From IMG/VR virus record IMGVR_UViG_3300045988_100778, positions 32,001 through 96,000 of that record: DNA of 64,000 nucleotides; one strand, given 5' to 3'. This document shows positions 29,901 to 35,900 of the stretch, in pieces. The DNA comes from a virus. Within the stretch, counting starts at the first letter, position 1, and every line of letters begins with the position of its first letter. The notes under the pieces are model-generated. The model was not told the DNA's origin. It saw only the letters and a list, made by a program, of their open reading frames with translations, and ran no database searches. The translations under genes were made by a program, and so were the position numbers.

Positions 29901-31257
29901 ACCGTCTGATGTAAATACTTCAAATTATACGGTAAAAAAATTCTTATATTCATTTTCAAGACCTGGAATTGCTGCTCCATTTATAAATGCTTCTGTAATA
30001 ACAACTTCTTCCAATGGTTCTTTTCAATATAATATCGGAACTGACTTTAGTTCAAGTGAAGTCTTAATGGCAGATTTTCTTTATCTGTCTCTTTGGGGTG
30101 AAGCTTCTTATAATTACACTTTTGTAATGTATAGTGTAACAAGATATTCATTAGCGGCTTATTATTGTCAAATAAGAATTTTAAAACAGACTGGTCAAAT
30201 GCAACAATCTACATATTTTTTGCAAGAAGTTAGTTATGATGATTTGCCATACATAAAAGATATTTTAAATAATTTTTGTTACAAGAATTATTACGTTCCT
30301 TTATTGAATTATGGAGAAAACCAGGATGATAATTATATTTATATAGTAACGGGAATGGATTGTTTCGAATCTACTGATTATGTAATAAGTTATTCTATAG
30401 ATTATCAGAATACACCTGGGAGTCTTTGGAGCAGAAACCGTCTTCAAATTAGTGGTAATTCGAGAGTAAGTTCTGGTGCTGTAAAGAGATTCTTGTTTAC
30501 ACAAAGTAGTCACGAACTTTCCGTACTGGTATATGGTAAAAGAAATGATGTAAATAATAAATGCCATGCTGCTGTGTTATCGTTTAAAAGTTCAGAATGG
30601 AGTCATATAAGAAGTGGTTCAATCGCCAATAATGTTTGGTCTGTATATGACAATTTCCCGGCTGCATTTACTGACAAAATGGGTAATAATATGTGGGTTT
30701 CAAGTAATCTGAAATGGATGTTTGCTGTTTTGTATGGAACAACAGACAAACCGTATGGAAAGGGCCTCGTTACTGTAAAGAGTGCAACACCTATTATTGG
30801 GAAAACTGGCTGGTCTTTAACTACTTATTATATAGATGATGATTCAACATTGGAAATACGAAATGCAGTTGCTAATAAATACGTTCTTGATATTATTTTC
30901 AATAGCACTGACTATAAGATGATTGTATTATGTAACAGTCTGATAGGTTCTGGATTAGACCAAGATACTTATTATTCTTTTATCAGTCCAGATTATTTAT
31001 ATTGCTTTGTTTATAACGGAAAGAAATGGATGGAATTTTCAAAAGAGAGTGTAGGAATGAGTACGTTGTGGAATAGATATGATAATTATAAGACAATACC
31101 TGGCGGTGGAACGTTTGTCGATTACAAACCTTATTTTAATGTTATGGGTGTTACTGGTATATATGATAGTAACAGAAATATTTCTTTTGTCTATCCAGCA
31201 AAATATTCAACTTATGAACCAACAGCTTATGAATATAGTCTGACATTTGGTGATTGA
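20977..31257 (+). CDS. giant baseplate-J domain / repeat-array tail fibre fusion (3426 aa)
   Basis: N-terminal ~390 aa match the Baseplate_J pattern (..ATGDYLDKSAALFGVSPR.., ..AAIGGRDYEDDETFRNRI..). More than two dozen prealbumin/carboxypeptidase-regulatory-like repeats follow (..GATIKINGSTYLTDKEGIAIISLPNGTYEYTV..). Distinct C-terminal domain ends LTFGD. Confidence 0.8.
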   Translation: MITKTANTIANLKNLWIEMFLNKTDRVSNIADGSVLNGVAYGTAKVAQKAIKDIAIVEAQIFPKSATGDYLDKSAALFGVSPRKEALGSSTYVRVFAEPGTHYEVGTKFISKNGVQFTVDQPFTVDKSGYGYISVRSVITGSATNVEANSITEVSPRPLTHIECTNEYAAIGGRDYEDDETFRNRIINYNNKLSTDTMEGWTQIFQDLDPRILKVMNVGLGEDGKTHIYLVTQNGSFFTDDELEELLTKATPYFGLTELDLQGNTLGIVIENAKWMYVGGEEGVDFRVELSPNAVIADVRKNIQIAMTKYLDFRFWEAGKKVEWDDLLEVVKTAEGVKYVPDEYFFPYFDEEVPLNMLPRIKGFRMRDLEGNILYDSGSSLSNIFYPAGESDIYKGSQSVIASQKYLCSFTVTNTKNVAVPGAYITIGNKVIITDSNGTANILLENGEYTYILSKTNWTQKTGEFVVLNNPIYININDFIATPYPVTFTVYEGEAPLQGVTVTTSVYTSETDDKGQAVINLEPGTYEYKLEKSGFQTIESVFTVENQPVDIFQRMFLTKMNVNFAVIDRNRSIYIPEANITINDIKEKTDNEGQASMGLQTGKYEMRVAKEDYQDLVKEIEIVGEDPNCILVEMTAIPYAIKFTVLDSATHMVLEGATIKINGSTYLTDKEGIAIISLPNGTYEYTVFKSGYMSVNDFVVVEGSEVSKIVELEQAFYTFRLTVRDIENGNYIQGAELQINGETRVTNVNGVASVTLGNGDYEYTVTHRNYKRYTGTVTIKDQDVPETIYLELRDTVITYTATDAITKAPISGVYIELINKGTGIKVDSGYTNDIGVLQLGAEAGEYTWNATHRYYDAVENQSITLEKLKDIDLPFTMTRREIEPEVDVIENIPGVSGDATTVRFSGENTAETLSNDSYYYIVHTPENFVIPNKGVTFDLMEHVKTFRRAEIGGEDEPYDFASGGAELVFNVSNDEIASLEGTMLTVQPNVTRDAQPRTFYVDVTITTPVSQVTVKITAEQKAALNFNPVKDGIVVSVKNMYNDNVREYTTNAAGKIFPEVMLGIDYQLTIKEKGFYENNGLLIKNWGFGASVPTLMEITASKRLELRVKQQNTLRPLENATIKVSGMSLPQTVTSGSDGSARVYISPIAMSYECTVTDHTKKTGTFTPPLSADYMDIIMGYAAMTFSLTLTASNPYSKAAESCPVTVTSAWSGTSSQSYSFSGTTDASGQLTSQGNGNFNIPPGNYTITYGGGNSNFDGKTENIYLPTDKTHSAVLTRRTKSVTFTVKEIIPSISTTASNPVKTGLVLACYYNDNSTSSGANVTTNASGQFTKTVYAGIAERFQVQPIGFYSGNGAIATVNYKDANTKDLVYTCSKRIPVYITSNLYGELSGASVTFNGMSVNQTGTTNTDGIVQMYISPVNMSYSVSKQHYNTKTGNFKPTGTETRMDIELEAKEYPVTFHVSTQGVLPPDGILVRVTNNALPDIVFEGETNVEGTIVMPNVPVGEYTYDVLAGEVSSDTFFHPQSESGTVLDVEVQYELINAGIQVSEVYGTAGRAYLSNQTITMTSKAGTIKLTLDENGYTNQLLIKGLEYTFTTDSYPAFYSNPTQSYTWTEDGVIWPFNLNVTSKITVNVKDVYVKNNIQGVTVAYNEQIVTTDASGNASLFRSALTKDYSLDKEDYSTVNGTIAPTTASPLNVTMLRNKHVVTVQQYEVIPGGASVILDGGYNFTLNYTSAAGNGTISSGTNTFEAYIGIPITFAIVAENRRVFYSNPTQTHTFTSAGEKWNMNLTCAKQITVNVKDNVPGANVQGATINYFTQTKTTDASGNAVFYWSGSDPRNISVSASNLESYTGQIAYNSPNPFNVVMTRAANPVTLVVREITPAQTTYYQNLQIKYTVGSATGTLTTNANGAVTFNGYIGTEMTFTVVGHPEFYSNPTQKHTYTAANQSWTMDLTVTAKITINVKSNVPSGTNLSRATVSYFHQTGTTDNSGNVSLYRSSVTRNVDITATYHGNYRGSITSDTASPFNAVMTRSTATVSLGVSEVVRVTPKYMLEITTDASSAVTPRLGGFYFGTPTAANKEFVAYFRAKIPADRKLIFASNATGDNPIRKWVNSNDGKGTGGWYTYAYYVRCGSTGRFSTTNFFYIEGGSRPITWYLEMATVFDITGSNVQNKSDAEILSKCTFDRMLSGNKDFLFNEGSNRIRWYNNSNTNAVTVTRKAASGTDTFNFTMATYASMKMNFSPAASTSPLTLDTNGNVSFVCYLGTPVTFTPTTRANYYSNPNTALTYTAAGQFQGIYLICNQKITINTVANIYNTSNALAGTITYFGQTLPSGGSFYRSGLDRQMTATAQYFNNYVGTVTATQTSPYTVTMNRTTRTVTLIVRESVGSNEYTLSNAVIVRSVPSTSNAPAGEITLDANGKKTNTVYAGISYTYTPKNYASYYSNASQGHTWTSENEQWIMTLNVTARLTFNIKSSNYGTNISGVSCSYLGQTGTTDSSGNWTVYRSGISRSYSFSKTNYNALSGTLSAAQASPLNLKMSETSSSITITIKDYYQSAVKGNANGCPVTLTNKSLSSITFTGTTNSSGQVSFGPMIAGSYTLSWGGGTSYWVNGSTTITMPTATTTQNAVRLTKIVGNVFYFQTPATGTAFKYWAVNTLLKPVYTTGGVATTVTLVKSGATYYDIGNYTYIAGIATTISTAVATYFRTGSSTNTASVYSVTPTYNFNNIPGVTSSAPLCSYAIKGIVVTVQNSYTNAAVNGATIKMYGINGSNVVGGAGDGAVQTVTTNSAGQATVYISGLTNRYIVSATRYVTLNTTNTNTSNFTIKLVPSEVTITINVNNASTGSRVGSGVIVKLSSNNTSTTYSGTTNSSGQVVLKIKPGNYWWEAGGSTTWGGNGTGTWNYPNRSTTSISLIKDQSITIEALKVGVWVDSGSVYFGFKNNESFYTGINRENGGSDYIAHIGSSQAFMMNIPSDVNTSNYTVKKFLYSFSRPGIAAPFINASVITTSSNGSFQYNIGTDFSSSEVLMADFLYLSLWGEASYNYTFVMYSVTRYSLAAYYCQIRILKQTGQMQQSTYFLQEVSYDDLPYIKDILNNFCYKNYYVPLLNYGENQDDNYIYIVTGMDCFESTDYVISYSIDYQNTPGSLWSRNRLQISGNSRVSSGAVKRFLFTQSSHELSVLVYGKRNDVNNKCHAAVLSFKSSEWSHIRSGSIANNVWSVYDNFPAAFTDKMGNNMWVSSNLKWMFAVLYGTTDKPYGKGLVTVKSATPIIGKTGWSLTTYYIDDDSTLEIRNAVANKYVLDIIFNSTDYKMIVLCNSLIGSGLDQDTYYSFISPDYLYCFVYNGKKWMEFSKESVGMSTLWNRYDNYKTIPGGGTFVDYKPYFNVMGVTGIYDSNRNISFVYPAKYSTYEPTAYEYSLTFGD
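22190..29696 (+). repeat. array of ~60-90-aa beta-sandwich (CarboxypepD_reg-like) coding repeats
   Basis: Recurring pattern V.V.....G..TD..G.A...L..G.Y.Y.....Y, read directly from the translation. Confidence 0.7.
29697..29774 (+). repeat. inverted repeat, left arm (IR-L), inside the giant fibre ORF
   Basis: Checked base by base: identical to the reverse complement of 32831-32908; encodes NRSTTSISLIKDQSITIEALKVGVWV. Confidence 0.95.
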
Positions 31258-31262
31258 TTTAA

Positions 31263-31320
31263 TAAAGAGTAACTATATACCTAAACATTCTTGATGTAAA
31301 TGGTATATAGTTACTCTTTA
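31263..31320. terminator. bidirectional terminator between the two convergent fibre cassettes
   Basis: 19-bp perfect stem TAAAGAGTAACTATATACC/GGTATATAGTTACTCTTTA (31263-31281 / 31302-31320), 20-nt loop. Confidence 0.7.
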
Positions 31321-31341
31321 ATTAATATGAACACTTATTTA

Positions 31342-32907
31342 TTAGTCTCCGAAAGTCAGTTTAGCGTAATAAGCTGTCGTATTTTCGTTATATGAAGGGA
31401 AGGAATAACTCATATCCCAAGAACCAAGATAATTAGGATTGACATTAAAGAATGGTTTGTATTTTGCACCAGAACTTCCAGAGGATATATATTTATTCCA
31501 GAAATTAGTAAATCCTACTGTACTATAAGGTATATTTACCCATTTTTTACCATTATACATAAATGTAAATAAATGAGTTGGATGAATACCTTCTATATAT
31601 TGGTCTAATGTCTTTCCTCCTTGTGCTCCTACTGTATCGTTACAGAGAACAATCATTTTATTTTCATTCTTATTAAACTGAATTTCAAGTACATAATAAT
31701 TTGCAAGTGTATTTCTTAAATCTGCTGTAGAGCTATCGTTAATGGAATAAGTAGCTATCTCATTCCAACCAATATTTACGCTAAAAAGTGAATTTGAACT
31801 TGTAACTGTATTAATACCTTTCCCTATTCCGTAATTCCCCCTTTTGCAATACATCAGTGTCTTCATATCTGTTGTTACCCAAGCATTCAAACCAAAATCA
31901 TCTGTAATTGCAGAAGGAATATTATTGTAAAAAAACCAAAAATTATTTCCTTGATTATCATCTATATAATTCCATGTAGGAGCACCTCTAAATATAAATA
32001 TCCCAACCATATTAATTCCTCCAGGGTTTGATGTAGCAGATGAATCTGGGCCGAAACCTAATATTATTAATATTCTATTTTTATAATCAATATGTAGTTT
32101 TTTATAAAAAAGGATTTTGAATACTTTTGAAACTGTCACCGAAGAATTTATGTCGAATTGATGACCTGTTGTACCGCTACCTATGCTCCATGAGTTAATT
32201 TTAAATCTTACCAGATTGATTGCTGAATTATATATCGGTGTAATATAACAGTTATTATATGAATATTCATTATATATAATATCTGATTCGTCTCTTGTAA
32301 AAAGTTGTGTGATAGAATTGCGTATAGAATAATTATTGCTAAAATTAAATATCCAATTATCTTCTTGGCCAAAAATCTCAAATTTGAGATAATTTAGACT
32401 TCCACGTCTTACATTAAATTCCATCCATGTTATTCTATATGCAGAAGAATTACTGAGAAAGGTTCCTACAATATTTTGAAAATCACCGTCAGAACTTTTA
32501 CTGAGATACAAGCTTCCTTGCATATAATAATATCCCGACAATATGTTATCACTAAAGACATTAGGAAGTCCTGGAACCAAAACACTCGTACGTGTATATA
32601 AAAAATTATATGGGTCTATTCCCAAAGAAATAATTGTTTTACCTTGCGGAACATCTTGGTTTACAGAGCTGTCATTTGTATTGTAAGTTAAGACCATAGA
32701 ACAAGAAGAACTTGGATATCTTTTATTTTCTGTTACTTCTGAACTTGTTATATTGTTGTAATACACTAACCCAGTATATGAATTTTTTCTTGTAACGGCG
32801 ACAGCATCTCCACCACTCCATTCATCACTCACCCACACCCCTACCTTTAGAGCCTCTATTGTTATGGACTGGTCTTTGATGAGAGAGATTGAGGTAGTGG
32901 AACGGTT
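31342..32907 (-). CDS. start-less alternative fibre C-terminal cassette (silent in this orientation)
   Basis: Reverse-strand frame is open from the IR edge. A TAG at 32910-32908 closes it upstream and there is no ATG in the IR-encoded part. The C-terminal ~200 aa are paralogous to the giant ORF C-terminus (..NKMIVLCN.., ..YNGKKW.., ..LTFGD). Confidence 0.8.
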   Translation of the reverse strand, partial: NRSTTSISLIKDQSITIEALKVGVWVSDEWSGGDAVAVTRKNSYTGLVYYNNITSSEVTENKRYPSSSCSMVLTYNTNDSSVNQDVPQGKTIISLGIDPYNFLYTRTSVLVPGLPNVFSDNILSGYYYMQGSLYLSKSSDGDFQNIVGTFLSNSSAYRITWMEFNVRRGSLNYLKFEIFGQEDNWIFNFSNNYSIRNSITQLFTRDESDIIYNEYSYNNCYITPIYNSAINLVRFKINSWSIGSGTTGHQFDINSSVTVSKVFKILFYKKLHIDYKNRILIILGFGPDSSATSNPGGINMVGIFIFRGAPTWNYIDDNQGNNFWFFYNNIPSAITDDFGLNAWVTTDMKTLMYCKRGNYGIGKGINTVTSSNSLFSVNIGWNEIATYSINDSSTADLRNTLANYYVLEIQFNKNENKMIVLCNDTVGAQGGKTLDQYIEGIHPTHLFTFMYNGKKWVNIPYSTVGFTNFWNKYISSGSSGAKYKPFFNVNPNYLGSWDMSYSFPSYNENTTAYYAKLTFGD

Positions 32908-32908
32908 C
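32831..32908 (-). repeat. inverted repeat, right arm (IR-R)
   Basis: Reverse complement identical to 29697-29774 over 78 nt; mismatches immediately outside both ends. Confidence 0.95.
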
Positions 32909-32988
32909 TACAGTATTTTTCGTCGTGTTTGTTTTCGTAATATCCAAAATTAATCGTATTTTTACCGTGCAATTAATTGTAGTTCAAC

Positions 32989-35900
32989 ATGGAAGTAAAA
33001 CAGAAGAAAGAAAACCCGTGTGGGGGATTATTTTTACCCCAGTCCACACCTATATATGATAATTTGCCTTTCAGTCGTTTTTTCGAGGAAAACGACAAGG
33101 AAGTAATACGGTGGGCAGAAAATGTACTTGAAAAACTGGAAGGAAGGGGAATTTTGCCTACATTCCTAAAGAAGAAAGAGAACGAGGATTTCCGTGCATT
33201 CTGGGGAACCATAACCCATATATTCGCTTTGATAGTTCTGTATGCAAGACAATACAAAAAGATAGACACGAATCAGATTTTGTTCGAGATGTTTATTCAG
33301 AACAGAGGTCTTGTTACTAACATGGTGGACAGCCAGGAACAGATGAAATACCTATTTTATAATTACCTGGAAGAATATTCAAAGCGTGGAAGACTTGACA
33401 TCATAAGCAAGGAAGGCGAGATATTGGGAGAATTGTTGCGACTGATAAGATACAATTCGTTGGACGAGTTTATATTTGCCTTGTTGAGACCGGAAGCTAC
33501 GGGGTGGGCGATGGGACATAGTTCGCCTACATGTGACCGGACGAATACGGTAATGAATGTATCAAAAGCGTATGAATATACAAAAGGAGTAGAGGATTTG
33601 AATAATTATCCTCTATTGATACCGGAAAGTATAAGTATAACGCAGGACGAAAACGGGAATGATGGAGAGATATTCAACGCTATGACATTTTTTGGCAACC
33701 AAGCCGTGGGTATAGACGGAAGGGTGGATTTGGACAAGCTTATAATTATAGACCCGAACCTATCCTATGAAATATCATTGCAAGTAAAGGTGTCGGCTAC
33801 AGACAATGAAAACCTAAAGTTTGGAGTAGCAGGCTATGAAACGGTAGATGGCGAGCCATTGCCTATGGGGATATTGGAAAACGGACAGATAACCGGAAGC
33901 TCTCTATGGTTCCACGAAAACGAATATTTAGACATAAAGAACGAGGGCATGTATTACTACATAAAAGGAATACTGCTGTCAACGAACGAGAAGTTTTTGA
34001 ACGCACCTACGCTTAATTTCCCGTCTGGACGTGCTTTGTCGATAATGCCGGGAATGAAGTATATCGCACCTATATTTATCCAGGAAAGAACGGTCGGGAA
34101 TCACCCGTATGTATATATATACGATTTTCATGTGAAACCCTTATATCTGCCGTTTTCACAAGGATATTTGGGTGAACGCGATATTATAGCCGCCTACTAC
34201 AAGAACAACGCATATCAGAGACAGTTCACCGTAGAGACCTTCCTAAAAAATTACCTTGTTGGATATAAGAACATATTCGGCAGTGAATTGATACGTCCTT
34301 ATGTAGGAGAGGAAGAATATCAGATATTGTTCAAGGTATTTTCAAACCGGAATAAGTATATACCCAATGCGAAGATAACGGTAAACGGGGAAGAACTGAT
34401 AACGGACGTTAACGGTGAGGCGAAGATAACGCTGCCGCGCGGACAATGGTATTACGAGGTGGAAGCAGAAAACTTTGAAAGCGTGGAAAACACCTTATTG
34501 GTGGACAAGGATGCTGTAGAATATGTACAGTTAATGGGAGCCGCCTATGAACGGGTGGTTACGTTCTTTGTGCGCAACAAGGAGACAAAAGACTGGATGC
34601 AGAACGTGAAAGTGTCCTTTGCAGGAAAGGTGCAATATACCGGAAGCAACGGTATAGCGACATTCGAGGTATTTCCTGGTATATATGAATATGTGGCAGA
34701 ATACGAGGACTATTATACAGTAAGAAGAAATGCTGAAATAGTGGATTCTACCAATATCGAAATCGAGATGGAAAAGATACCTTACTATAACGTGACTTTC
34801 CGTATAAGGGATGGTGTGGAACCAGTATCGGGCGCATCCGTATTGGTGACGGGTGAGGGAATTCCTAATCAGACCGGAAGTTCTAATGCGCAGGGTCTTG
34901 CAACCGGGTTCGTATATCCGGCAGGAACGTATCATTATAAGGTTGTTAAGGAAGAATATGTGACGGTAGAAAATGACTTCACAATATACGGCAATGCCGT
35001 TATTGACGTGCAGTTCCACCCTATACCGAAATATAAGATAAATTTTATTGTGAGAAGCAACGGCTTGCCAGTGTCAAAGGCAGACGTGACGTTCAATGGA
35101 ACGACGCTGCAAACGGCAAGTAACGGAGTTGTGACGTTCATAGACATAGCAGGGGAATATAACTGGAAGGTGACAAAGACCGAATTCTATGCAAAGGACG
35201 GTACCGTAGAAGTTATCGACCAGGACGTGACGATAGAAGTTGACTTGGTGCAGATGGGTTACTTGATTGACTTCTATGTGACGGACGAGGACAACACTCC
35301 ATTAGACGATGCTTTGGTAACGATAGGAACGGAAGCGATAAGCACGAGTGGAGGACAAGCGCAGTTTGTCCGGATATCGGGCGGCTATAACTGGACTGTA
35401 CAGAAAGAAGGATATTATACCAAGCAGGGTGTAGTGACGGTGAACGGGGAGAACAAGCGCGTGGACGTGCAATTGAAGCTTGTCACCTATGATATCATCT
35501 TTACTGTGAGGATGAATAATCAGCCAGTAAGGAACCAGCCCGTTGTGCTTGGAGTGGGAGAAGGAGAACAGACAGTCAATACGGATGGGAGCGGAAACGC
35601 GGTATTTAACCGTGTACCAGGCAGTTACCCGTGGAGTGTAAATAAAGAGGGGTACGAACCGAGAACTGGAACGGCAGTTTTGATAAACCAGCCTTTAGCC
35701 ATAACGGTAGACCTTGTTAAGCAGACCGGAAAACTGACGGTAAAAGTTCTTGACGTAGAGACAGAACAGCCTATACAGAATGCAGTGGTGACGATAAACG
35801 GGGAGACGAGATATTCCAACAACAACGGTATTGCTGCAAGTTGGACGTTAGAACTTGGTGTATGGGAATGGAGTGCCTCACAGCAAGACTATAACCCAGC

